In this document: positions 25,391 through 39,049 of the stretch, in pieces
How positions within the stretch are numbered: position 1 is the stretch's first letter
Layout of the letters: each line of letters starts with the position of its first letter
NCBI RefSeq assembly: GCF_006345805.1
Contig: NC_043001.1
Location: forward strand, 105,152,001 to 105,216,000
Direction: 5' to 3'
Length of the DNA stretch: 64,000 nucleotides
Origin: Octopus sinensis
Lineage: Eukaryota
Translations under genes and position numbers: made by a program
The notes under the pieces: generated by a model
Databases searched by the model: none
Told to the model about the DNA's origin: nothing
The model's input: the letters and a program-made list of their open reading frames with translations, nothing else

Positions 25391-25441
25391 TAAAAAAATG
25401 GAGTTAACGCAGGATTATCTGACAATGGTACATATATGTTT

Positions 25442-25477
25442 ATGCATATATGCACATATGTCTAAGCATGCATTGGT

Positions 25478-25531
<54 letters not shown>

Positions 25532-25567
25532 ACCCATGCATGCTTAGGCATATGTGCATATATGCAT
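25442..25567. repeat. Palindromic microsatellite cassette, copy 1
   Basis: ATGCATATATGCACATATGTCTAAGCATGCATTGGTA(CA)n(TA)n(TG)nTACCCATGCATGCTTAGGCATATGTGCATATATGCAT. Confidence 0.9.
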
Positions 25568-26297
25568 ATGTATATATATATTTATAAACACATAGACGCA
25601 TGCAGACAAACACACACACTCACGCACACATACACACACACACACACACAGAAACATTCTTATTGTGTAATATAATTTCTGCTTATTAAAGTGAGGAATA
25701 TTTTATTCTGGATGCATCCATCCATCATTATTATTTTCCTATCTTCTCCGCTTCTGCGACAATTATAAAATGTCTCTTTCATTTAGTTGTAATTTCTGAA
25801 ACGATATTATTATGGCCAGCTAAAATGAATGGCGTATCGTGTACAGCTGGCTCTGCTGATGGTTATAACTGCTTACTTAATTCATCACTTAATCTTGTCA
25901 CGTTATTTCGGAATTGATTTCAAAGGAAGTTTTAAAATCTTGTAAACGAGTGTATGTTTTTATCATCTTTCGATAAAATATGTATTATGATCCTGTTTAG
26001 GAACGTCAAAGTCCTAGCACCATAAACTAGAAATAACAGCTAAATCACCAGCATACCATTCTGTACCACATTAGAAGAGCTCACGTAGAATGATGACGTC
26101 GGTAGAAACAATTCTGACTGATCCTGTTTTCATTGTTTTTATCTGAGCAGGGCTTTGCTGGGGCTAAAAACTACAACAACAACGAAAGACAAAGTATAGA
26201 TTATCACGTGCATAACATGATTTGAAAAATGACTTTTTGCAAGCAAAATATATCTACAATAGCTAACAAGGAAATGACCATATTATTTTATATTTCA

Positions 26298-26745
26298 AGG
26301 CGGCGTGCTGGCAGAATCGTTAGGACGCCGGGCGAAATGTTTAGCGGTATTTTGTCTGCCGCTACGTTCTGAGTTCAAATTTGCCGAGGTCGACTTAGCC
26401 TTTCAACCTTTCAGGAACGATAAATTGAAATACCAGTTGCCTACTGGAGTCAATCTAATCGACTGGCCCCCACACCAAAAATTTCGGGCTTTGTGCCTAG
26501 ATTAGAAAAGACTATATTACTTTATATTTCAAAGCTGCAAGGTGCCAGAATCGTGAGCAGGTGAAATGCTTAATGGTATTCTGCCCGTCTTTACGTTCTG
26601 AGTTCAAATTCTGCTGAGGTTGGCTTTGCCTTTCATCCTTTCGGGGTCGATTAAATAAGTACCAGTTACGCACTGGAGTCGATATAATCGACTTAATCCC
26701 CTTCTCTAATTTGCCCGTGTGACAAAAGTTTGATATCATCATTAT
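26298..26745 (+). mobile_element. Two adjacent SINE family A copies (26298-26510, 26533-26745)
   Basis: Each is preceded by ATATTA(T/C)TTTATATTTCAA (26280-26298 and 26514-26532), consistent with a TSD of the first copy. Confidence 0.8.
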
Positions 26746-26799
26746 TGTATATTTCATTTAAATCAATTTTATGTTCAACTAATACAGAGATAGCGCAAA

Positions 26800-27225
26800 T
26801 GGCGTTCCGTCGGTGGAAACGACGACTGTTCCAGTTGGTTCGATCAAGAGAAATACCAGCTCGAGGAATTAACGAGTAAGTGGTTGAGTACTCCGCAGAC
26901 ACTCGTACCCTTAATGCAGTTCTCAGAGACATCCAGCGTGAAGCAGAATGTGACAAGGTTGGCCCCTTTGAATTACAGGTACAACTAATATCGTTCTCTT
27001 TTGCTGAACCGCTAAGTTACGGGGACATAAACACGCCAACATCGGTTTTCAGGCGATGTTGGGGGGGGGCACGAACACACACACGCACACACACACACAC
27101 ACACTTTATGTGTGAGCTGGAGCAAAGTGAAATAAAATGTCTTGCTCAAGAACACACCACATCACCGTGTATCGAAATCACAGCCCTACGGTCGTTTACT
27201 GGATGTCCTAACCACTAAGCCACGA
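26800..27225. mobile_element. Cluster of fragments: family C 3' part (26800-26985, -), family B tail (26990-27075, -), family D tail (27113-27225, +)
   Basis: Each segment aligns by eye to the corresponding family elsewhere in the window. Confidence 0.65.
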
Positions 27226-27417
27226 TGCTGCACTGATAAAAGTAACACATTTATCATGAAGGAGTTAGTATATTGGCAGATTTTCTCTCAAACCTTGGAG
27301 CTCGTAAGTATTCATTACTGCAAAAATTGCTCCTCGGATTTCATATAAAGATACACTACATATGCATAATTATACGAAGGTGAATATCCAACTAAATGGC
27401 AAATTAGTTTTTCTCAC

Positions 27418-27599
27418 CGCTCTCACAAAGCTTCTTCACATCAGCAGAATGTAGAAGCGGTATTATTTTATCACGTTCATTCCACATAGAAATAGGAAAG
27501 GAGTGTGTATGAAAAAAATCCGAATAGCTAGCCATTGCGAGACCGGGGGCCATTTTACCAGAACTATTTTCCCCTTCAACACGTTCTGTCAAATATCTG
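27418..27599 (-). CDS. Candidate internal coding exon, product unknown
   Basis: Non-repetitive open frame (ERVEGENSSGKMAPGLAMASYSDFFHTHSFPISMWNERDKIIPLLHSADVKKLCES) ending at G|GTGAGA. CAG acceptors at 27599, 27596 and 27585 have a weak pyrimidine tract. No homology recognised. Confidence 0.3.
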
Positions 27600-27631
27600 C
27601 TGTTTGTAGCTAATGTAATTCATTATTAAAT

Positions 27632-27765
<134 letters not shown>

Positions 27766-27896
27766 TTGACGAATACACACGCCTCTGCCTGTGTGTGTGT
27801 GTTTGTGCGGATGGGTGTGTGCGCGCGTGTGTGTAGATAGATAAATGTAAATGCATATACATATATGAGAATATAAATGCATATATGTATGTATAT

Positions 27897-27952
27897 GCAT
27901 ATGTTTATGCATATATGCACATATGTCTAAGCATGCATTGGTACACACACAC

Positions 27953-27990
<38 letters not shown>

Positions 27991-28036
27991 ACCCATGCAT
28001 GCTTAGGCATATGTGCATAAATGCATAAACATATGC
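27897..28036. repeat. Palindromic microsatellite cassette, copy 2
   Basis: Same arms and the same two arm mismatches as 25442-25567. Confidence 0.9.
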
Positions 28037-28041
28037 ATATA

Positions 28042-28079
<38 letters not shown>

Positions 28080-28360
28080 TATATAGACTTATAATTCAAT
28101 TCATACCATATTTAAATTGGTTTCTTCCGTTGATTAATTCTAGCAGATTGCAGGAAGATTCCTACACAAATCCACGACCAGCTTTCAGCAACTTATGATT
28201 GCGCCGGAGATTCGAGATATTTTATGATTATTTCATAGCTGTTTTTTTCCCCAAATAGCGAGACGTGTAGTGCTTCACGAAGTCATGTATATATATAGAA
28301 ATGCGTTCAATTCCCTAATTGTCAAACATGAGCCACATTTGTAATAAATGATACATTATG

Positions 28361-28735
28361 AATGGCACTCCGTCGGTTACGACGATGAGTGTTCCCGTTG
28401 ATCCGATAAACAGAACAATCTGCTCGTGAAATTAACGTGCAAGTGGCTGAGTACTCCACAGACACGTCTACGCTTAACATAGTTCTAGGGGAGATTCAGC
28501 GTGACACAGAATGTGACAAGACTGACCCTTTGAAATACAGGTACAAGAGAAACAGGAAGAAAGAGTGAAAGTCGTGGTGAAAGAGTACAGCAGGGTTATC
28601 CACCCCATTGCCGGATCTTCGTGAAGGTTTTGGTGTTTTCGTTCAATAAACACTCATAAGTTTCGGTCTGGGAATTGAAGCCGCGATCCTACGACCACGA
28701 GTCCGCTGCCCTAAGCACTGGGCATTGCACCTCCA
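28361..28735 (-). mobile_element. tRNA(Arg)-like-headed SINE family C, full copy
   Basis: Minus head GGAGGTGCAATGCCCAGTGCTTAGGGCAGCGGACTCGTGGTCGTAGGATCGCGGCTTCAATTCCC; tail GTCGTAACCGACGGAGTGCC. Confidence 0.85.
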
Positions 28736-29639
28736 AGACATATTACATTGTGGTGTTGCTACAATCTTATGTTGCGTATAGAGACGGACACTTGCGCATG
28801 CACAGGGACGCACAGGGACGTTGGGGCAGATATGTGTAGGCAACGACTGATGGACATAGATTTTTGTTCGTATGAAAACTGTCAGTGAAACATGATCACT
28901 TCAGGCATTTGTAGTAATTTTCTCAACAACTTGAACAAATGTTAATAATGCCTAATTAAAAGGAATCACACACCTGTGCAGATAATTAATGGTTGTAATA
29001 TAGTAGAGTAGAAAACGAACAAAAATTGAGAAAAAATAACAAGAAGCAAAAATTGTACCACTTTATTACTTTTACGTTATTTAAAACGTCATCACGTTCT
29101 TTAAGTTTATTGGAATTTTCAATCATATTCCCACATGACTTCATGTAAAAATTCATCGAAATTTTGAGATATTGATATGCTTAATCTGTGAGATTTACGA
29201 GTATTTCTTATCTTAAAAGAAAGTTCGAATCGTTATCTGAAATGACTATCTTTACGTCTATACATATATGCATCGAACTGATTGTGCATTAATAAAAAAA
29301 ATGCGCAAGAGAGACGTTCAATTTCTGTCTATTTACTCCAGATTACTAGAAAAATGTGACAACCAGTTGCAAGGAACATTGTGGAAGGAACATATCTCTG
29401 GATGTAGAGTACTCAAACATTACACTCTCTTGCTAGATTCACAAACATACCCAAATGTGAAAATGGATGTTATCCAACCGTCTCGTTCTTGTTCCATCCT
29501 TAGCTTGAATAACCCGTCTTGCTATCCTTTCACGTGACTTCATCAGCACATATCCGTGATATAAGTGCCTTGACCTCTCAATGCGGGTAAATAACGGCTC
29601 CATGAACTCTACAAAGGAATCCCTATCCGGCTACTTAAA

Positions 29640-30400
29640 ATGTCTCGGAAATTTTACCCAACATTTATGACCAGAGTGGAGGATAAAACATGAAAATCTT
29701 TTTCTGTGGGTTCAATGTTGAGACTGGTACGTTATTGCTTCCACCTGAAATTCTAGCCATAAATTCAGCATCCCGCATCACATAAGTCGTCAATACATTC
29801 CTGAGATGCTTAAGCACCTCCAGTGATGTTCTTCCTTTTGAACTATTGCGAATTATCCGGATTATCAATTATTCGGATTCTTTCACAAATCAGCAAGGTA
29901 GCATACACTCTGCTAAAGGCCTTTAACATCTCTGGCCAAAATTCTTCCTCTGTAATGGCCTTGCTAAATTTAATGCTCTAATCGCACCTGTGGTATCAGC
30001 CTCTGTGAAATCGGTATTCGCTCTTAGAATCACTTCTTGTTTAGAATATGTTTTTATTGCCACTGGTTTCAGGTGGTCAGCAAGGTATTTTCTCTATCTC
30101 CCAGGACTGTTGTTCTCTGTAGATAACAGAATACCAATCAAGTTATTAATGGGTTTTGTGGACGAGGGCTTCTTGTTACGAAGTCTGTGTATTGGCGGAT
30201 ATAAATTCAGTCTAGTGTAACCCCAGAGTAATCCTATGATCTCGCCTGGCGCGTTTTTACTGCCTCTGCCATAATCTTTTGTGTCTAAGCGTATTGTATG
30301 AGCAAAGGGGGAGACTTGTTTCCAAGCCAAGCTTTGTAAGTCTCGTTCTTTTCTCAGGTGGCATCATTAACCTCCAGGTAAACCTGGAGTGGGATGTCCT
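29640..30400 (-). mobile_element. RTE (Expander-like) LINE fragment with internal deletion
   Basis: Minus: HRLRNKK..INNLIGILLSTEN..GR*RKYLADHLKPV...GAIRALNL/KAITEEEFWPEMLKAF (KA.G.D.I.PEMLKA-type), followed by a C-terminal-like segment. Confidence 0.6.
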
Positions 30401-30464
30401 TTTTCACCTGTCGGCGTAACGAGCTGCATTGGACCCGCAGGATTGTACTACTGAGGTAGACACT

Positions 30465-30540
<76 letters not shown>

Positions 30541-30740
30541 CTTTATAATTAGGGTTCAGCAAAGATTTGCTTCACCACATACCGAAGTTTAGAAATAGCA
30601 GTCAAAAAGTCTTAGCTATTCCTTCTACTTTAAAAGGGAGTCCCAGAAAAACCAAAGTACTTGAAAACAATCCACGCAGTCAAAGGGAGAAAATAACGAA
30701 AACCAATCCATATTTGGTTACCCACGTACGCGCGTTTCGG

Positions 30741-30782
<42 letters not shown>

Positions 30783-30802
30783 ATATATATATATATAATA
30801 TA

Positions 30803-30835
<33 letters not shown>

Positions 30836-30867
30836 TGTATACATATATATGCACACACACACACACA

Positions 30868-30902
<35 letters not shown>

Positions 30903-32132
30903 AATGAATGAATGTTTTTATATATAATGAACGTGAAATACAGGAAGGGACGAACACGGAACACAGACAAATCATTCGAAGCCTTCAATCTTCAGTCAGA
31001 CACCGAATCATCATAGCAAATTTCGGCTGTTCAATTCTGATATTTGCTCCAACTCGGCCAGCCCCAAGAAAAAAAACTAAGCTGTAAGCATTAGATTTCT
31101 TGGTAGAAGACAGGATGTGAACGCACAAGACGGATGTGAATACAAGAGACGAAAACGAAATTGAAAACAGTAATGAATAAACAAAATATATATAACGGTG
31201 GTTGTCATACGACTTTAGACCAAATGAGACAAAAAACAACAACAACATAGCTGGCGTAGAAATAATTACCGTTTCGGTAGCGGGGACACATGTTGGTCGA
31301 GATACGAAGGCCAACAGAATGGTTTAAGAAGCAGCAGGTCGCAGGAGAGAGAGAAAGAGAGACAGAGAGAGAGGGAATCAAAGAGGTGGAAGGCAGGGGA
31401 CAGAATCAGTGACCAAGAGAAAAGGAGAAAGAAGGGATTAAGGAGGATGGGAGGAAGAGGGGAGGAGGATGGGAGGAAGAGAGGGGAAGAATTGGAGGGC
31501 GCCAAAAAGTTTGGTGAAGAAGCAATGGCGGGTAGGAAAGACAGTGTGTATAGAAGTCGTGCAGGGTTTAAAATTGGACAAACAAACGGGGGGGGGGTGC
31601 ACGTAACGCCGCAATATATATATATTATATATATATATATATATTATATATATATATATATATAAACATTTCGCAAATTAAAAGGGAAAGATTACATGTC
31701 GTTCTCAAAAAATGTGGAGATGATACTCTCCACCTCTAAGCAAAGACACGCAAGTTGAGAACTAATGATTCGATCTACAGGTACGGCTAGCAATTCGTGG
31801 ATAAGGCCTAAGAAGTGCATATTGAATTTCACTTTCTTGCTAGTGTACAAGATTCCGATTCAGCGAAATGATGTGAATCATTAGACCATATTTTAACTTT
31901 TTAAAACGCCGCAGGCGCTGGTTTAATAGCAAACACGTTAATAACAACAATCATTTTATCAATTTTGAGGTACAAGAATTTTCAAGAAGTAGGCCAATCT
32001 CGCTTAGTCTGTGTGAAACCTTGCAGCGTTTTCAAAAGAAAATTAAATTTATGAACGCGTTGTTACTTTATAAATCGTTATCATATAAAAATATAACTAT
32101 TTGAAATTTCTTTTAGTCATAATATCCGTGCT

Positions 32133-32134
<2 letters not shown>

Positions 32135-32221
<87 letters not shown>

Positions 32222-32232
32222 ACACACACACA
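32135..32232. repeat. (CA)n microsatellite
   Basis: Directly visible. Confidence 0.95.
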
Positions 32233-32765
32233 TGCGTATACACATCACTGATTGAGCGATTAAATTAAGTGACTAATAAAGTGAGAGCGAACTCGTTTTG
32301 TTTCAAATTGAAACAAAGTCCATAAACAAAACTTCAGAAGCACCGCATCATTAAAAGAAAATTAAATGAAATCAAATAAGAACAACAAAAAAACGTAATG
32401 CGTCTAATCAAGATATCATTGCCTTCGAGATTTTTGTCAAGTTGCAAAGAAAAGAATTCAATGGCAGACCCCGTCGCTGCGGTTCGCGTTGGTCAGGTTC
32501 CTATAACCTCATCTGTCCCTTAACACATGTGGAAGAATGTGTTTAATCATTAGGGGCATTATATTATTTTAGAGTACATTGAATACATGTTCTCCTCTAA
32601 TTAGTCAAATTACCGCCTCTACAACAATTCTGCTGCCAATCATTTTATCGCAGCCCCGCCCCCAAGGTGTTAGAATCTCCAGCGCTGAGTTTTCCTGATA
32701 TTGACACAAACCGTTCATGGCACACACACACACACACACATGCACATACACACACACACACATGC

Positions 32766-32796
<31 letters not shown>

Positions 32797-33812
32797 CACA
32801 CACGTTAATACACGCGCGCGCATGCATACATATATACATACACACACATACATGTATATATATATATGTGTGTGTGTGTGTGTATGGCTGTGTATGTATG
32901 TATGTAGAAATATATATATATATATATATGTGTGAGTGCGTGCATGCATGTGTGTGTGTGTGTGTGTGTGAGTGCATGTATACGTATCTGTTGCGGAGAG
33001 TGACGAAAAATGTCTATATATTATAAAAAACTGAAATGTTGCATGCAATCTTCCTCTAAGAAGCTCATCTTGGACATTTGCTGTTGGAAGAAACTGAGAT
33101 AGAGGCAATCTCATAATGTTATTGGATTATTCTGAATCTTATGGATTAATATATTACTTACATGTATGGGTCTACGCATGATTTTCAATGAATAATTACT
33201 AGACAGGTCCATGCACAATATCTTCTATAGTTTACGAACATCTTTCTATGTATGAAATTGATTTTGCCCTGATCAGCTTGCTATCATTCTAAACCTGATG
33301 ATCAACATATAACCAGAATCGAATTGTAAGACAGTTTAAAGAGACACAGATTCAATTAACACAGATGTTATCCAGTCATGATTTTGATTTTGCTAACAAT
33401 GAAATTTTCAATTGCATCTTTACTCGAGATAATATGAAATCTCTGAGACGTTTACGTCAGTTTGGGCCAATTTAAAAAAGTTAATGGAAGCTTACCAAGT
33501 AAGACAGTTTCTAAAGTAATCTATTATGATTATTCCAAGCGGAAAGAATACTATAAAATTAAGATAAGATATATTCTGTTAGATTAAAATGACTTTCAAT
33601 CAAATAAATCATTAGTGCAGAAATATGGGTGAGCTTTGATGCGAATAATGATTAAGAGGCAGCGATTAAATATATATATTTGAAACCTCACAAAAGGTTA
33701 GTCAAAAGAATATAGTATAAATAGTATTGAAACAATTGTAAAGAGACTATATCATTAAATAAATGAATTTGTACACAACGATATAGAGATGGATAATAAG
33801 TAAATAACTGCG

Positions 33813-34046
33813 CCCTTTTAAAGCCTAGCCAGGCTCATGGTCCCGGTTTCCCTTTTCATTGGCGTATGTGTTCCCCAGCTGGACCAGAAGCCAGTCCATC
33901 ACAGCTTTACTCATTTATGCAAGCTGAGTGGACTGGAGCAACGTGAAATGAAGTGTTTTGCTCAAGAACACGACGCATAGCCCGGTCCAGGAGGCGAAAC
34001 CACAATCTTACGATGATGCTGCTGACACCCTAACCATTAAACCACA
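33813..34046 (+). mobile_element. Short retro-element family D with L2/CR1-like 3' tail
   Basis: GCTGAGTGGACTGGAGCAACGTGAAATGAAGTGTTTTGCTCAAGAACAC..CCCTAACCATTAAACCAC; related copies at 1750-1950 and 27113-27225. Confidence 0.6.
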
Positions 34047-35282
34047 GGCATTCACATAGTGATGATACAATATTATAAATAAAATAACAATGTAGGCATT
34101 AGAAGTCTTCGTGTTGTAAGGCAAGGAACTTTAATTAAAATAAAACATTGACAAATATATAATTATTTGAATGACCGACAAGAAAAAGTAAGGCTTTTGT
34201 AAATAAATACCTGATGTTATACGAGTGCCAGGATGTGGAATGTACCGAGGACACCTCCTGCATGGCAGAACAACGATATAGAAGATTTAAGCACAGATGC
34301 TTTAGTAAGACAAAATAGTTTTAGTTAATTAAATATCAATCTTCTGGAGAACAAATAATTAACTAAATGATTAAATTCTGCAGAAGTAAAGCAGAAAAGT
34401 TTGTAAAGTCAATCCCGAAGTTTAAGATAATTAAAGTTAATAAAATATTCATGGCCTGGTTTCAGAATCGAACATTATTTCTGACACAGTCTGTTAGAGG
34501 AGGCTGCTAGTTCTTATTATAAGTAGAAGTGAAATCAACAATATCGTATCTGGAAGATAGACATTTATGACAGTTTATGACAGTTGTTTCTAATTTTGTT
34601 GCGACACTATACATTTCGTTACCATCGATTTAATGGACACGTTCCAATCACACACTCACACACATAAAATGTCAACTGAAGTAAATGGCGTTTGTCATTC
34701 CTAACGACTCAAAAAACATTATCATTACAAGCAGCATATTCGATATTAACGATTATTTTCCCTTGCATTCATCACACATACATTATACTGAACTGCCCTA
34801 CTACAGAAACCATTCGGTTGCGTTTCATCATTACTGTGACCTCTCAGAGCTACATGATAAGAAACACAACATACATAAATATCGCAAGTGGAGGAAGATA
34901 TCCTTCCTGTTATAAAAAGTGTTGAAGTATTTAAAGCTTCTATCTTGATAGATAAGGTCTAATCCTTTTTTTTTAAGCCAACTCGGGAAAAACCACTAAT
35001 TATTAATAGCAATAGACTTTTGGTTAGATTCTCCATTTTGGCAGCTAGTATGACGTCCGTCTTAAGAGGATAAAGAAGTAGGTCTGTTCCCTGTAACCGT
35101 CCATCGACCACCGCGTGGTTATGGATCGAATGATAAATATGATTGTTAAAATAGGAAAATAGGCCACCCCAACATTTCCTCAGAATCACATGTAAGCTGG
35201 CGAGAATATATGCATAATTATCCGCAATGTATGTGCATTGTGTGTGTGTGTGTCTATGTGTGTGTGTGTGTGTGTGTGTGTT

Positions 35283-35726
35283 TAACAAATGAGAAAAAGA
35301 GAGATTGGAATTCACGAGATTCTTTATTTGTCACAATGATCGTTTCGACCCACCTTGCATCTGTCTCACGCTGATGAGAACCTGGATAACTGGTTGTGTA
35401 GCAGCATCATCATTCGGTGCGGATGTATCAGGTGGGGTGACATTTCAAAAAGTTTGTAATAACATTCCGAACCACGATACTCTGTATTCAACTAGCTACA
35501 GGCAAATGAGGAAATGTAAAATTATGGAACTAAGCAAAACCCAGTTTACTGAGCGAGGCGCCTTTTGTAAAGTCACCATAACGGGATACATCTCTACCGA
35601 ATTATGCACCGCGACCAGCTCTCCGGAACCTCATCCACGAATGACTGATGTAAAAATGGGTCGAAACGATCGTTCTGAACAATAAAGAATCTCGTGAATT
35701 CCATTCTCTCTTTCTTTCATTTGTTA
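35283..35726. repeat. Degenerate long inverted repeat, about 170-bp arms
   Basis: 35283-35452 versus 35562-35726; the outer parts are best conserved, e.g. TGGAATTCACGAGATTCTTTATT / AATAAAGAATCTCGTGAATTCCA. Confidence 0.85.
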
Positions 35727-36308
35727 TATTCTCGACGAACATGAAGGAATTCTTGAAGTAAATTCAGTGGTACTTATGTGTGTGTGTGTGTGTGTAGAAA
35801 GAGAAAGACGATGATAGAGAGGGATACAAGTAGATACATGCATACATAGTATGGAGGGTATATATCATATAACAAATATATTATGAATACATAATATATA
35901 ATATACATATGTCCACATTATATATATATAGGGAGTATAACTCCAAAATTACAGGGAAAATTTCAACTTAGTATTAAATCAAATTTGACAATATAAATAC
36001 ATAATATAAAAATTAGAGAAAAACCGCTATTATGTAATTCAATCAATGATAAGTATAAATCAAATCATAAAGAAAAAATAAAATATACTTTTGAAAAACA
36101 TATAACTAGATCACAAAAAGTACAAAAATGAATAAACAATATATAATAAGTAATAAGTAATCCCTCAGTAATTTCCGTTTGTTTTAACGGTCATTTTCAT
36201 AGTATTTTTTTTCGATGGCCCGATAACTGAAGAAATGCCGGCGTGGGTTTCCGCCCCGACATTCAAAATTGGGATTTTATCATGGTTACGTTGTCTTGCC
36301 ATTTCTAT

Positions 36309-36391
<83 letters not shown>

Positions 36392-37779
36392 ATATATAAT
36401 ATATATATATATATATACACACACAGAGGGGGAGATGGAAAGAGAGAGAGTAAGACAGTAAGAGATAATTGTCTGCAACTTATTGGCTTTTAAGATATAT
36501 TCCTTAGTAAATTCTACAAAACCACACCCGTTAAAGATGTATATGTTTTATGATTTAATATATTATATTTTCTGAAATTTTGGTTATGTATTGTTCCCGA
36601 TTATTTTGCATTTCAGAGGTCTTCAATTCTTACCGAACAATTTCCTTTTTACAGTTATAATTGCATGTCTTATATTACAAAATTTAAAGAATAGCATGAT
36701 GTCAGCTAGCGTTTATTGTAATACACGCTTTATATTACGTTTATTTTTATCACATCTTCTTACATTTATGAGAATGTATTGACATTGGGTTATTTTCCAC
36801 TCTTTATATCCATCTCTCGGTTCCTATCAAGTTATTGAACGGTTTTCATGATTGAATCAATCTTGAAGGATAAATAATTTTTCGCGCATAATTCTAAACC
36901 TATATCGTTCACGAATCTCTATGGGTGAGACATCCGCTGTCACGTTCCGTTTCTTCATGTTATCATTAATCTCATTTATCATAACTTATAAAGATATGTA
37001 TTCTGGACACATCTTAGATTGTTGCTTGCTGAAAGCGCTCTCTTGAATATTTTTTTTCTAATGATGTTCACGAACTGTGCGAGGAAATTTTGCTCGTTTT
37101 AATATACATGAATGATTTTTCTTTTAAATTGCGGAAAACACAGCTTGTCAGTGTGTTTATTCTCTCGCTGTCAATGTGTTACAGTGTATCGAAATACACA
37201 CATTCACACATATTTTATCAGTAATTTTACCGCTGTCAAATCATTTATATATCCATATACATGCGTGCAGTTCATATATTAAGACGCATATGTATATATA
37301 CACTTAGATACATGAATATATATATATATGTATATATATATATATGTACATATATATATTATATTATATATGTATGAATCTCTCTCTCCCTCTCTCTCTC
37401 GCTCCATATATATATATATAAATCTGCAATGAACATACAAATATATGCAGAGTAGTTATGTGGCTGTTGGTGGGGTGGGATATTAAAAAGGAGTAAATAA
37501 CAATAGATTGGAGCAAATAAATGAAATTTGGATTCATAATTCGCTTGGGTTCTGGATGAAAACAATTTTAATAATCTCCGTAAAAATTGACAGAAAACCA
37601 ATACAAGATTTCTCAAGAAAGAACTCTTGATTTTCATGGTTAAAATAAAATTATATTTATTTTTTTTTGAAATTATCTTACTTCCTACTCCAAATACATG
37701 CTAAAGCACACACAGACATACCTACATATCTACATACATAAATGCATACGTGCACATGTATACTCCTAATACATGCAGA

Positions 37780-37862
37780 CACACACACACACACACACAC
37801 AAACACACACACGTATATATATATATGAATATATGTATATATAGATATGTGTACATATGTGA

Positions 37863-37897
<35 letters not shown>

Positions 37898-38002
37898 TAA
37901 ATGTATGTATATATGTTTATATGTATGTATCTCTCTATCTATCTATCTATCCATACATGCATACATACATATATATATAGAGATACATATATATAGAGAT
38001 AC

Positions 38003-38041
<39 letters not shown>

Positions 38042-38231
38042 ATATATATATATATACATATATATATATAGATATATATATATATACATATATATATAGA
38101 GAGGTACATATATATATATATAATATATATATGCATATATCTACATATATATATATATATATACCTATATATACATATGTATATATATGTATATATATAT
38201 ATATATATTATATATATATATATATCTATAT

Positions 38232-38265
<34 letters not shown>

Positions 38266-38266
38266 G

Positions 38267-38297
<31 letters not shown>

Positions 38298-38300
38298 TGT
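37780..38300. repeat. Long interrupted (TA)n-rich tract
   Basis: Directly visible. Confidence 0.95.
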
Positions 38301-38644
38301 ATACAAAATGTAGAGGCAATATTTCTCTCCCAATTTGCTCATGTCGACCATTATTTTGGGGAAACAATACCTGAATATCTAATTGTGTGTGTTATTATAT
38401 TAGGCCATATGTTCTTATAAATATGCATGCTTTACGCGCTACGCATATAACAGCTCAATTTATCATCTCTCAAATTTCTTCTCAGCGGAACAAATAAGTG
38501 AATTACTTGTTCATATATCAAGAAAATAAAAACAAATACTGCAACAAGATTGTCATTTGTGCCTTGGAAATTTAGATTTCTTAAAGGAAAATATGAGGAA
38601 AAAATATCTTATGGTTTGATACGAAGGCATTCGTCAACGTGACA

Positions 38645-39045
38645 TGTGTATGTATATATGTATATATGTATGCATGTATGTATGTACGTATGTATGTATG
38701 TATGTATGTATGTATGTATGTATGTATGTATGTATGTATGTATGTATGTATGTATGTATGTATGTATGTATGTATGTATGAATGAATGAATGTATGTATG
38801 TATGTATGTATGTATGTATGTATGTATGTATGTATGTATGTATGTATGTATGTATGTATGTATGTATGTATGTATGTATGTATGAATGAATGAATGTATG
38901 TATGTATGTATGTATGTATGTATGTATGAATGAAGGTATGTATGAATGTATGAATGTATGAATGAATGTATGTATGTATGTATGTATGAATGAAGGTATG
39001 TATGAATGAATGTATGTATGTATGTATGTATGTATGTATGTATGC
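38645..39045. repeat. About 400-bp (TATG)n/(AATG)n tract
   Basis: Directly visible; abuts the 3' end of the RTE relic. Confidence 0.95.
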
Positions 39046-39049
39046 ATGT

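Noticed and set aside
34211-34910. AG/GT-bounded segments on the minus strand (34211-34257; from about 34899)
   Set aside because: Several frames are possible, most hit stops quickly, and no product is recognisable.
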